The notes under the pieces were generated by a model. The model saw only the letters and a list, made by a program, of their open reading frames with translations, was not told where the DNA came from and did not search any database. Positions 50,063 through 62,135 of a stretch of 64,000 nucleotides of DNA are shown piece by piece; the stretch's first letter is position 1, and each line of letters begins with the position of its first letter. This DNA is from Octopus vulgaris (taxonomy: Eukaryota): positions 23,498,001 to 23,562,000 of the forward strand of contig OX597838.1 in NCBI GenBank assembly GCA_951406725.2, given 5' to 3'. A program made the translations under genes and the position numbers.

Positions 50063-51429
50063 TCTTAATAAACACCAACATAAAACAAAACAAGACTGCT
50101 ACTACGTTTAGCAGATCGATCTGGCTCCCCGGCTTCACTTTGTGATTTTTTATTCGCTGTGACTCACCCGACATTCTATCTTTTTGTTGGATGACTGGCG
50201 ATTTTCTCCAAACAAGCTTTCTTGTCAGTTTGCCATAAGGAAGAGCGATCGAACCTGTTGAATACATATACACTCCAGGTTGTATTGATGTTAATAACAA
50301 TGATAATGACGATAATAGTAGGCGTAAACCATAAGTTTAGCTGCCCAAACCTAGATAGTTTATTTATTTATCTTTATTATTATTGATGTTGTTGTTATTG
50401 CAATTATTTATTTTCTTTTTATATGCTTTATAATGTCTGCTTACGAGCTAAATAGTGTTTCAGTCTACGGAAATAGCAGTCAAATCTCTCTCAACAAATC
50501 ATACACCATTGGATAATGTAGGTCTAAAAATCCTTATGTCTGGAAAAAAAAAAAAGAGGTGGGGAACGTCTGGAATATTTCGTTCGATCGTAGGTCTGTT
50601 CCGTCAGAAGTGTGACCCCTAAGGTGAACAGCTATTTTGCGTGTGTGCGCGTACGTGTTTAAGGCGTGAGAATGAAGATTTGCTTATTTGCAGAAACCAT
50701 ACTGTATTATTGATTCATTAGAATTTATATATAAAAAACCACGTTTAAAGACATCTTGGCATCATATAAGCACACTCCGTTGGTTATATCTATTTTGCAA
50801 ACATACGGAAAGTTCCCCGGCAATTGAAAAAACCCCCCAAATACCCAACGTTTTACAGTCATTAAGTTATGTTGGCCATCCATAGAGATTGTATAAATAA
50901 TTGTCGCCAATGATTGATTGTTTTTGTCAAGATCTTAACCTGATTTCTGATCAAGTTTAGTTACAGGCATGAGAGAATGTGTTTATAATTATCGATCGAT
51001 CGATCGATCAAAAACTTGGCGGGCCGCTCTTCCCCAGGTTCTTAAACACCAGACTGGTGCTGTTGTTGGCAATTTGCCCGTGATGAAGCTAGTTCCCTTA
51101 AGAAAAACTGATCTATTGTTGATATCTAACCTCGGGTCTGTTCTGATCGAGACAGATCCATGGTCAAAAGCCTTTTTATCTCCTGTTTTATTTTTTAATG
51201 TAAAGTATGTCTACATTACTCAGTGTTACTTTCTGTTTTAAGAATGTGTGCGTTTGGGGAGTACGTAGCTGATATTTCTAACAAACCTAGGGACCACATA
51301 CACGTTTGCTCGGTTTATGATGGTCATAAAAATGTTTAGCTTCGATTGAGCCGGCCTGTGATCAATAGCGTTCCAGCTGTGACCATCCGTTATTTTTGCT
51401 TTTATTGTTTTTATTTTATATTTATTTAG

Positions 51430-51597
51430 TTGTGGCTGTGTGGTAAGAAGCTTGCTTCCCCACCACATGGTTCCGGCCGGGTTCAGTTCCACTGCTTGGC
51501 ACCTTGGGCAAGTGCTTTTTGCTATAGCTTCGGGCCGACCAAAGCTTTGTGAGTGAATTAGGTAGATGGAAACTGAAAGAAGCCCGTAATATATATG

Positions 51598-51644
<47 letters not shown>

Positions 51645-52422
51645 GTATGTATGTGTATGTATATGTATGTATGTGTATGTATGTATATATATGTGTGTGT
51701 ATGTATGTATATATATGTGTGTATGTATGTATATATATGTATGTATATGTATGTATGTATATATATATATATGTGTGTATGTGTATATATATGTGTATGT
51801 ATATATATGCATATGTATATATATACGTATATGTATGTATACATATGTATATGTATACATATGTATGTATATACATATGTATATATATATATGTATATAT
51901 ATGTATGTATATATATATGTATATATATGTATGTATATATATATGTATGTATATATATATGTATCTATGTATGTATGTATATATATATATGTGTATATAT
52001 ATATGTGTATATGTATATATATATGTATTGTGTATATATATATGTGTGTATGTATTGTGTATATATATATGTGTGTATGTATTGTGTATATATATATGTG
52101 TGTATGTATGTGTATATATATATGTGTGTATGTATATGTATATATATGTATTGTGTATATATATATATGTGTATATCTATGTGCATATACATGTGTATAA
52201 ATATGTGTATATATATATGTGTGTATATGTATATATCAAGCGATATGTATACCATCGCTTGACAGTTGTGTTACTTAGCGGTTCGAAATTGAGGGACGAT
52301 GGAATAAGTATCAAGCTTAAAAAAAAGAGAAAAAAGTATAAGTACTGCGGTTGATTCATTCGACTAAAAGTTCTCGGTAGTGCTTCAGCATGGCCGCAAG
52401 TCCTAATGACTGAATCAAATAA
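51430..52422 (+). mobile_element. SINE family A with ~660-bp internal (TA/TG)n expansion
   Basis: Head at 51430, microsatellite ~51590-52250, tail GCATGGCCGCAAGTC..GACTGAATCAAATAAAA. Confidence 0.88.
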
Positions 52423-52902
52423 AATATATCTATGACCTCCATTGTCCAATGTGTCGTTCAGTTTTTTTTGTTTTTTTTTTTAAAGACGACAGTGTATGAT
52501 CTGTAGGAGATTTGGTTGTTACTTCTAGCAAGCTGATTGACCGGCCTTCTGCAGGTTCCTTCAGTACTTAGCTTTGTAGGACAAGTCAGTACATCTCAAT
52601 CAGAGTTATTAAACCTGGCGTATATATATATATATAATACCGTAGAGAAAGTAGACTGCAGCCAAAGTGGTAATAAAACAACATCAGAAGTATATCAAAT
52701 GACAGTACTACCGTATTTGCGCTTATGCGCTCACACACACACACACACAAATATAAGGATTATTTAGCATGGTTTTTTTTTCCCTATTAGTTTTGTTGTT
52801 TAACACCGTGTTGTACTAGATTTAGCATATGTGGATCAGAAGCAGTCCTTCAAAGATCGCCTCATCTTTTCCATGTGTGTGTGTGGGTACTACTTAAGAA
52901 AA

Positions 52903-54169
52903 GTGGTCCCCGTGCGCGCACTCGCTAGTCGTGACTAGTCGATCCTTACTTTGTGTTTTTGTGTTTTATTTACTTTGTGGCAATCTTTCGTTTCTAGTAG
53001 ACCTTTCCGTCGATTTCCGTAAAAAACTTTTTTATTTTACATATGGGCTTGCGGGAATACTAGAAACGAAAGATTGCCATGTTTTAAAAAAAAATGGCGA
53101 AGTTTCGCATGTCGTAGATCAGATTTCCGTCGATTTCCGTAAAAAACTTTTATTTTTTTACATAAGTAATGAGAGCGAAAGAGACTAAGAGGAAGCGATT
53201 TTACGACGAGAAGGTTTCACTTTGAAGTCGGCCTGTGTGTGTTTGATGGGGTGTGGGAGACAGACAGTATGTTGTGTAAGTGAAGTGCTTCTGTTAGTGT
53301 GTGCGAAGAGACAGAGAGAGTAATGTGTGAAAGAGAGAGATAACTGATTTTTTACTCGGTGTATGTGTATATGTATGTATGCATGTATGTGTGTGTGTGT
53401 GTATGTATCTATGTATGTGTGTGTGTGTAAGTATGTGTGTGTGTATGTATGTATGTATGGCCGATTCATCGTAATTTTTTACTCGGTGTATGTGTATATG
53501 TATGTCTGCATGTATGTGTGTGTGTGTATGTATCTATGTGTGTGTGTGTGTGTGTGTAAGTATGTGTGTGTGTATGTATGTATGTGTGTGTGTGTGTATG
53601 TATCTATGTGTGTGTGTGTAAGTGTGTGTGTGTGTGTATGTATGTATGTGTGTGTGTGTATGTATCTATGTGTGTGTGTGTGTATAAGTATGTGTGTGTG
53701 TATGTATGTATCTATGTATGTGTGTGTGTGTATGTATCTATGTATGTGTGTGTGTATGTATCTATGTATGTGTGTGTGTGTATGTATGTATGTATGGCCG
53801 ATTCATAGTAATTTTTTACTCGGTGTATGTGTATATGTATGTCTGTCTCTTCACACACACTAACAGAAGCACTTCACTTACACAACATACTGTCTGTCTC
53901 CCACACCCCATCAAACACACACAGGCCGACTTCAAAGTGAAACCTTCTCGTCGTAAAATCGCTTCCTCTTAGTCTCTTTCGCTCTCATTACTTATGTAAA
54001 AAAATAAAAGTTTTTTACGGAAATCGACGGAAATCTGTGCTACTACAACCGAAACTATGCCAAAAAAATATTTACTTTGTGTATAAAAAATTGTTTTGTG
54101 TTTTATTTACTTTGCTAGGTAGTCGTTGTAGGATCGACTAGTCAGGACTAGCTGGCGCGGATGCCCCAC
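52903..54169. mobile_element. Fold-back element related to the 48704 MITE
   Basis: Outer inverted ends (GCTAGTCSTGACTAGTCGATCCT), inner ~200-bp inverted arms (~53120-53333 / ~53845-54037) around a (TG/TATG)n core. Confidence 0.75.
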
Positions 54170-54383
54170 AAGGGGCTAAACACAGAGGGGACAAACAAGG
54201 ACAGACAAAGGGATTAAGTCGATTACATCGACCCCAGTGCGAAACTGGTACTTAATTTATCAACCCCGAAAGGATGAAAGGCAAAGTCGACCTCGGCGGA
54301 ATTTTAACTCAGAACGTAACGGCAGACGAAATAACGCTAAGCATTTCGCCCGGCGTGCTAACGTTTCTGCCAGCTCGCCGCCT
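54164..54383 (-). mobile_element. SINE family C
   Basis: Reverse complement of the unit. Confidence 0.88.
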
Positions 54384-54427
54384 TAATCTTGCTGTTCCCT
54401 GACCTATCTCCGTCTTTTGTTTTCTAA

Positions 54428-55277
54428 CCATCCGAAAGTGGCCGTAGCCAGTACCGCATCGATTGGCCTCCGTGCTGTGGGCACATGACAAACACCATCC
54501 GATCGTGGCCGTTCGCCAGCCTCATCTAGCACCTGTGTCGGTGGCACATAAAAACACCATCCGAAGACCCGGCAAGACTAGTCAGGCCATAACCCATGGC
54601 CCCTACCTGGGACGTAGTCAGTCCACCTGTGCATACCTTCCTTCTTGTGACACTTGTGAAGACCTGTTGAGGCAAGTGAAATCAAAATCAAAACAAATCA
54701 AAATAGATGAACATCAATGGAATCTGTATCTTTGTGGTACCAGTGCCGGTGGCACACACTTTGTGGTACCAGTGCCGGTGGCACACAAGAGAACCATCCG
54801 AGTGGAATTTGTATCTTTGTGGTACCAGTGCCGGTGGCACGTGGCACACAGGAAAACCATCCGAACGTGGCCGTAGCCAGTACCGCATCGACTGGCCTCC
54901 GTGCTGTGGGCACGTAACAAGCACCATCCGATCGTGGCCGTTTGCCAGCCTCATCTGGCACCTGTGTCGGTGGCACATAAAAACACCATCCGAGCGTGGC
55001 CGTCTGCCAGCCTCGTCTGGCACCTGTGTCGGTGGCACATAAAAAACACCATCCGAGCGTGGCCGTTTGCCAGCCTCGTCTGGTACCTGTGTCGGTGGCA
55101 CATAAAATCACCCACTACACTCTCGGAGTGGTTGGCGTTAGGAAGGGCATCCAGCTGTAGAAACACTGCCAGATCTGACTGGACTGGTGCAGCTTTCGGG
55201 CTCCCCAGACCCCAGTTGAACCGTCCAACCCATGCTAGCATGGAAAGCGGACGTTAAATGATGATGATGATGATGAT
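54428..55277 (+). mobile_element. Non-autonomous retroposon with internal ~60-bp tandem units and RTE-like (GAT)n tail
   Basis: Units CCATCCGA..GTGGCCGT..GCCAG..GGTGGCAC; tail GGAAGGGCATCCAGCTGTAGAAAC..CCAACCCATGCTAGCATGGAAAG..GTTAAATGATGATG. Confidence 0.7.
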
Positions 55278-55279
55278 CT

Positions 55280-55322
<43 letters not shown>

Positions 55323-55732
55323 TGTGTGGTTGAGAAGCTTGTGGCTCTGAGTTCAATTCCACTGCATGGAATCTTGGACGTTTCCTAGTGTAGCCCTGAG
55401 CTGACCAAAAGCCTTGGGAGTGGATTTGATTGATGGAAACTGAAGGAAGTCCTTCGTGTGTGTGTGTATTGCTGTCTCTTTACTTCGACATTGCGTGATA
55501 GTCGTAAACGAGTGTCACCACTATGCAAGTGGTCTCCTTTGTTTCCATGGAAATGTGTCTGTCTGGTCATGCAAATATATTACCTTGCTTGGAAACAGGT
55601 GAGTGTTGGCAACAGGAAAGGCATCCAGCCATAGAACATTCAGCACCAAAATATCCTCTCAGACCCAGGTGAACATGGAGACGTGGATATAAAAACAATG
55701 GTATATATGTGTGTGTGTGTGTGTGTGTGTGA

Positions 55733-55964
55733 AGGCAGCAAGCTGGCAGACACGTTAGCGCGCTGGGCCAAATGCTTAGCAGTATTTCGTCTGTTGTCAC
55801 GTTCTGAGTTCAAATTCCGCCAAGGTCGACTTTGCTTTTCATCCTTTCAGGGTCGATTAAATAAGTACCAGTTTCGCACTGGGGTCGATGTAATCGACTT
55901 AATCCCTTTGTCTGTCCTTGTTTGTCCCCTCTATGTTTAGCCCCTTGTGGGTAATAAAGAAATA
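55733..55964 (+). mobile_element. SINE family C
   Basis: Full unit with GCCCCTTGTGGGTAATAAAGAAATA tail. Confidence 0.9.
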
Positions 55965-55970
55965 TATATA

Positions 55971-56002
<32 letters not shown>

Positions 56003-56367
56003 TTTAAATGTAGTTTGTATATGTATGTATACATTATCATCTAACGTCATTTTTTCCATGCTGGCATGGGTTGGATACGTTGACAAAAACATGAGCCAGA
56101 AGACTCTGCCATGTTTTATGTCTGCTTTGACACGGTTTCTACAGTTGGATGCCCTTCCTAACACTGACCACTTAAGTGTGCTGGGTGCTTTTTTACATCA
56201 CACACACATATATATCATCATCCTCATTATCTTTTAATGCCTGTCTTCTATGCTGGCATGGGTCGGACAATTCAGTAAGATTCTATACACAAGATGAAAG
56301 ACTGTTGTGCTTTAATATCTACTTTAGTATAGTTTCTATAGCCAGATGCCTTTCCTTACACCAACCT

Positions 56368-56703
56368 GAGACCCCCTTCGATCATGACTGACCATGGGGT
56401 TGCACCTAGAAAGTTACCCTCCCAGGCACAAGTCCAGGCAAGGTTGCTTATGGAAGGCCAGCAGTTGCCCATGCATACCAGCCTCCCCTCTCCACACCAC
56501 CAGTGTTATCCAAGGGAAAGGCAAGGGCCGATACAGCTTGGCACCTGTGACGCCACAGCTCATTTCTACAGCTGAGTGAACTGGAGCAATGAGAAATAAA
56601 GTGTCTTGCTCAAGAACACAACATGCAGCACGGTCCAGGATTCGAACTCACAACCTCACGATCGTAAGCTTGACGCTCTAACAACTATGCCATGTGCCTT
56701 CAC
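56368..56703 (-). mobile_element. tRNA-derived SINE (family D-like head, different tail)
   Basis: Minus strand GAGTTCGAATCC box, CTTGAGCAAGACACTT body. Confidence 0.75.
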
Positions 56704-57939
56704 TGACACCAACCACTTTGCAGAGTATACTGGGTGCCTTTTTTTGAGATACCAGCACTAGTGTAGTTGCTATATAGCTCATGAAACTAAGATCTCCGCA
56801 ACTGAGTAGGAAACAGCTTTATTCTAGGTTGTTTGGTTATGAAAGAACATATTTCTTATTGTTGAGACATTTGTTTCTTTGTATAAGAGGAATAGGTTGG
56901 AGTAATTAGAGCAGAAGCCAGAAACAGAAATATAAACGTGGGTGACAAAATGTCAGTGTGAGCTGTCAAGGTACATGAAGGTGAATAGAAGTGAAAGAGG
57001 TTTTCTAAAAAAATTTGTATAAAAAGCAAAAATTTTTTTGTTGTGTCTGGGGAGAGTAATTTTCTTTTTGTGCTTTATAATTTAACACACTCACCGGTAA
57101 AATTTCCACTTATTTCTTATTTTTATTTTCTTAAAATTTTCCTTGCATCTTGCAACCTTTTCAATAGTCTTGACCTTGTCTTATCTTTGTTTTTAACTAC
57201 TTTTAATTCCATCAGTTACTGTATTTCACACCCCTCCTTCTCAACCTCTCCTATTAATGGTGCTACCCCGTTAGTGTGAAGAATGGTTAAAAATGGTTTG
57301 GGGATTGAAGTGAATATAATAAATGATAAACAAGGGTGAGGGAGTGGCCAACGATCAAATATGAATAAGAGGGAAGGTAGAGGAAAATATGTGATGACTG
57401 TAGAGATTGGGTAAGGGTGCGAGGTAACTAAGAATGGTGAACAAGGGTGGAGAAGTAACTGATGATAAATATGTCATAGAAGGATGATCAATGTAAAATG
57501 TGAGTGGAGTGGAGAGGAACAATGTTAAGAATGAGAGATGGATGTCAAGGGAAGTGGTTTCACATGGTGGGAGAGATAACTAGCAGCAGAGAAAAAGATG
57601 ATGAAATGTATAATTCCAATCTTATTCAATTACAGCCAGCTGTAGAATAATACAGTAGCTAGGCAGGCAAGTGATGGAGAGACGTGGAAGTTGTGATGAA
57701 GGCTTGATGAGCAAATTGGGCAAGAAGCCCAGTTGTGTGTTTACACATATTTCCAGAATTTCAGTTTTACTGAGGTGGATGGGCCTTTCCAAGCATTACA
57801 TAACATTAATCAGTATTTGTCTGCTCCTTTAAGGGGCGCAGAGTCCTGAGATGAGCCTTCGGTACATCATCAATACCTTCGTAGGTCTTCCTCTTTCACA
57901 ATTTCTATTAATATTAAATAATCAGCAACTTCTTTATAC

Positions 57940-58311
57940 AGCTGGAGTGGCTGTGTGGTAAGTAGCTTGCTTACCAACCACATGGTTCTGGGTTCAGTCC
58001 CACTGCATGACACCTTGGGCAAGTGTCTTCTACTATAGCCTCGGTCCGACCAAAGCCTTGTGAGTGGATTAGGTAGACGGAAAATGAAAGAAGCCCATCG
58101 TATATATGTATGTGTGTCTGTGTTTGTCCCCCCAACATCGCTTGACAACCGATGCTGGTGTGTTTATGTCCCCGTAACTTAGCGGTTCGGCAAAAGAGAC
58201 CGATAGAATAAGTACTAGGCTTCCAGAGAATAAGTCCTGGGGTCGATTTGCTCGACTAAAGGCGGTGCTCCACCATGGCCACAGTCAAATGACTGAAACA
58301 ATTAAAAGAGA
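57940..58311 (+). mobile_element. SINE family A
   Basis: Full unit. Confidence 0.9.
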
Positions 58312-59585
58312 GCTGTTCTCATCCAGATGTACCACATGTCCATACCAGTGCAGTCTTCTCTCTTACACACTACATCATAGCTTCATTTCTCAGCATTCAA
58401 AGCCCACATTTTACTAGCATGTACATAACATTGCCGTTCATACACAAGCCTAATACAATTTGCCTTCCACACTGAAAGAGAAATTTTTGTTTTCTTTCAC
58501 CAACAAAGGTAGTAGCTCTCTGAACTTTCTCCTGCCTGTTCTTACTCTGGCAACTATACATTCAGAAACTTCACCTCCATGGCTAATTAGGTCATCTAGA
58601 TAGCAGAAGCTGTCTATCAAAACCTCAAGGGATCCTCTTAGGCATTTGAAAAAATCTATTTTTCCATACACCCTTAGTGTTTATTACTCCTGTTGCCTGT
58701 GATGCCACCATATGGAATTTCAACATACCCTATTTTTTTTTACACACAAGACAAAACTATTTCCCTGATGAAAGCAGAGACATGTTTGTTTTCCTGGTTA
58801 CCAAAATTTTGGTTTTTACTAAATTAACCTTGAAGTCCTTTGATTTTGGATTTTGCTGCCACAGCTGGAATTTCTTTTCTAATTCTTCTACATAGGCATA
58901 GGAGTGGCTGTGTGATAAGTAGCTTGCTTACGAACCACATGGTTCCGGGTTCAGTCCCACTGCGTGGCACCTTGGGCAGGTGTCTTCTACTATAGCCTCA
59001 GGCCGACCAAAGCCTTGTGAGTGGATTTGGTAGACGGAAACTGAAAGAAGCACGTTGTATATATATGTGTGTGTGTGTGTGTCTGTGTTTGTCCCCCTAA
59101 CATCACTTGACAACTGATGGCAGTGTGTTTACATCTCCTTAACTTAGTGGTTTGGCAAAAGAGACCGTTAGAATAAGTACTAGGCTTCTAAAGAATAAGT
59201 CCCGGGGTCGATTTGCTCGACTAAAGGTGGTGCTCCAGCACGGCCGCAGTCAGATGACTGAAACAAGTAAAAGTGTAAAAGAGATTCAGCTGTAAGAATA
59301 AGATCATAACCACAGAGGAGTTGCCATGGGCAACCAGACTTAAACCCCTTTGTTATGGTCTGGAAGACTATGTTGAATAGGAGGGTAACTAAAAACTGAA
59401 TCCGGATTAGCTCCTAGTTCATCACTATACTAATTCATCGCTATACTTGCTGTTAACTCTTACCTTACTAGCAGCACCTCTGTACATGGTGTTCTGGATC
59501 TCACACACCATTTGTTTGTCTATTCTTAGCTCCTTCGGGGACCTTCAGTTAACAAAGCGAAGAAGCGAAGAACTCTTGTAAAGGC
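58312..59585 (-). mobile_element. Decayed RTE-clade LINE RT fragment interrupted by a SINE A (~58895-59284, +)
   Basis: SFCYLDDLIS..ARVRTGRRKFRELLPLL..GKLY; upstream GCPWQLL-like region. Confidence 0.8.
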
Positions 59586-59589
59586 TATA

Positions 59590-59957
59590 GGTGCAGGAGT
59601 GGCTGTGTGGTAAGTAGCTTGCTTACCAACCACATGGCTCCGGGTTCAGTCCCACTGCGTGGCACCTTGAGCAAGTGTCTTCTAAAATAGCCTCGAGCTG
59701 ACCAAAGCCTTGTGAGTGGATTTTGCAGACAGAAACTGAAAGAAGCCTGTCGTGTGTGAGTGTGTGTTTGTCCGCCAACCATCGCTTGACAAACGATGTT
59801 GGTGTGTTCACGTCCCCATAACTTAGCGGTTCGGCAAAAGAGACCAATAGAATAAGTACTAGGCTTACAAAGAATAAGTCCTGGGGTCAAATTGTTCGAC
59901 TAAAGGTAGTGCTCCAGCATGGCCACAGTCAAATGACTGAAACAAGTAAAAGAGTAA
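59590..59957 (+). mobile_element. SINE family A
   Basis: Full unit. Confidence 0.9.
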
Positions 59958-60171
59958 GTCATTGAATGCTAAATCTTCTCGTCAAGAAGGGAGCATTAGT
60001 TGTACTTTTTCCTTTATGTATGTATGTTTACATCATGTGTTTCCTGACCATGTGGTCCTGGGTTCAATCTCACTCTGCAGCAACTTGGGCAAATATCTTT
60101 TATATAGCCATGAACCACCCAAAGCCTTGAATGGGATTTGATTAACAGAAACTGAAAGAATCTTGAAAGAA

Positions 60172-60594
60172 AGGTGACAAGCTGGCAGAAACGTTAGCAC
60201 ACCGGGTGAAATGCTTAGCAGTATTTCTGTCCTTGTTTGTCATCTCTGTGTTTAGCTCCTTGTGGGTAGTAAAGAAATAGGTATTTCGTCTGCCTTTACA
60301 TTCTGAGTTCAAATTCCGCCAAGGTCGACTTTGCCTTTCATCCTTTCGGGGTCGATAAATTAAGTACCAGTTACGCACTGGAGTCAATCTAATCGACTTC
60401 ATCTCTTTGTCCTTGATTATCCCCTCAATATTTAGCCCCTTGAGGGCAATAAAGAAATAAGAAACAACTTGCATAGACGAATAGTGCACTGGGGTCGATG
60501 TAATTGACTTACTCCCTTTGTCTGTCCTTGTTTGTCCCCTCTATGTTCAGCCCCTTGTGGGCAATAAAGAAATAAAAAAAGGAATAAGAAACTG
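60172..60594 (+). mobile_element. Nested SINE family C cluster
   Basis: Head..AGTATTTC | truncated tail | GGTATTTCGTCTG..tail, plus a further truncated copy at ~60485. Confidence 0.85.
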
Positions 60595-60858
60595 AAAGAA
60601 TCCTGTTATGTATGTATGGATAGACAGATGGATGCATGCATTTTTGGACACCCTTGTCCAGACATCATGTGATTATTCTAATTGAGCATCATCATCATCA
60701 TCATCATCATCATGATGCAAGTGAGGTTGTTCATTTCCATTCTTCTCTGAAAATCATGCCTAGCTATGGGGGAAATATTAGCCTTGCTAGGTAACAGGAA
60801 GGGCTTCTGGCCTTAGGAAATCTGCCTCAATGAATATCTGTCTGACCCATGCAAGCAT

Positions 60859-61238
60859 ACTCTCTTTTACTCTTTTACTTGTTTCTGTCATTTGACTGCG
60901 GCCATGCTGGAGCACCGCCTTTAGTCGAGCAAATTGACCCTAGGACTTATTCTTTGTAAGCCTAATACTTATTCCATCGGTCTCTTTTGCCAAACCGCTA
61001 AGTTACGGGGACATAAACAATGTTGGTGGGACAAACACACACACACAAACATATACACACACATACATAATATATATACATATATACAATAGGCTTCTTT
61101 CAGTTTCTGTCTACCAAATCCACTCACAAGGCTTTGGTCAGCCTAAGGCTATAGTAGAAGACACTTGCCCAAGGTGCCACGCAGTGGGACTGAACCCAGA
61201 ACCATGTGGTTGGTAAGCAAGCTACTTACCACACAGCT
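60859..61238 (-). mobile_element. SINE family A
   Basis: Reverse complement of the unit. Confidence 0.88.
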
Positions 61239-61419
61239 ACTAGCTTGGTAACAGGTGAGGGTTGGTAACAGGAAGTCTGTCTGAGCATAGAAAATTTGCC
61301 TCACCAAATTCTGTCTGACACATGGAAAACTAGACATTCAACAATGATATGGGTATGTATTACACCTATTGGATGTTGGTAATGTTTTATTTTTATTTTT
61401 ATTTTCTCCCCAGTATAAG

Positions 61420-61609
61420 ATGAGTTCTGAAATTACAAAGCTGAACATCATCACTTACCTTGTTCCTGATGTAAAGGTGGAGGCATTTCAGGTTTTTACC
61501 GAATACCTTGAAGATGTGGCTAACGTTCGCTGCAACTTGATCTACGAAACCCGATGGCAGTATCCGACGAGCAAAAGAGACCTGTTTGATCTAGGAGATG
61601 TTGATATGG
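61420..61609 (+). CDS. First coding exon of a host gene; PhnD/phosphonate-binding-like (periplasmic-binding-fold) N-terminus
   Basis: Strong acceptor TTTTATTTTCTCCCCAG at 61413, ATG at 61420, open frame MSSEITKLNIITYLVPDVKVEAFQVFTEYLEDVANVRCNLIYETRWQYPTSKRDLFDLGDVDM, donor G|GTTAGT after 61609; family call from remembered motif pattern only. Confidence 0.72.
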
Positions 61610-61618
61610 GTTAGTAAT

Positions 61619-61925
61619 TTTTTTCTTTTTTTCAACCTTTTCAAGCCTAGCCAGGCTCAAAGGCCCGGTTTCTGTGGCGTATATGTTCCCCTTCAGCTGG
61701 ATGGGACGCCAGTCCATCGCAGCGCACCCAAGAAACAGGAAGAGAGAGTGAGAGAAAGTTGGGGCAAAGGAGTACAACAGGGGTCGCCACCACTCCTTGC
61801 TGGAGTCTCGTGGAGCTTTTAGGTGTTTTCGCTCTATAAACACACACAACACCCGGTCTGGGAATTGAAACCGCAATCCTCCGACCGCGAGTCTGCTGTC
61901 CTAACTACTGGGCCATTGCGCCTCC
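61619..61925 (-). mobile_element. Chimeric SINE (family B head/body, family D tail) with 13-bp TSD
   Basis: TSD ATGGGTTAGTAAT at 61606-61618 and 61926-61938. Confidence 0.9.
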
Positions 61926-62135
61926 ATGGGTTAGTAATAGTAATAGCTTTTTATCTCTTGATTTGAATGGTCATCATTGTTGTTGATGTCTTGCCACAGA
62001 TCAGCTTTCTTTGTTTAACCCTTCAGCATTCAGCTTACTCTCTCAATAGTGATGCTTATTTATTCACATTGATATGAATCAGTCATGCCTTACTTTGTAG
62101 CTTTGAGATTTTGATGACATGATTGTTTGTTTTCA

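Noticed and set aside
51238-53972. Long Y/I/C/V/M/H/T-rich ORFs (up to 251 aa)
   Set aside because: They are translations of TA/TG microsatellites.
57250-57860. Purine-rich stretch resembling an old antisense LINE
   Set aside because: Too decayed to assign a family.
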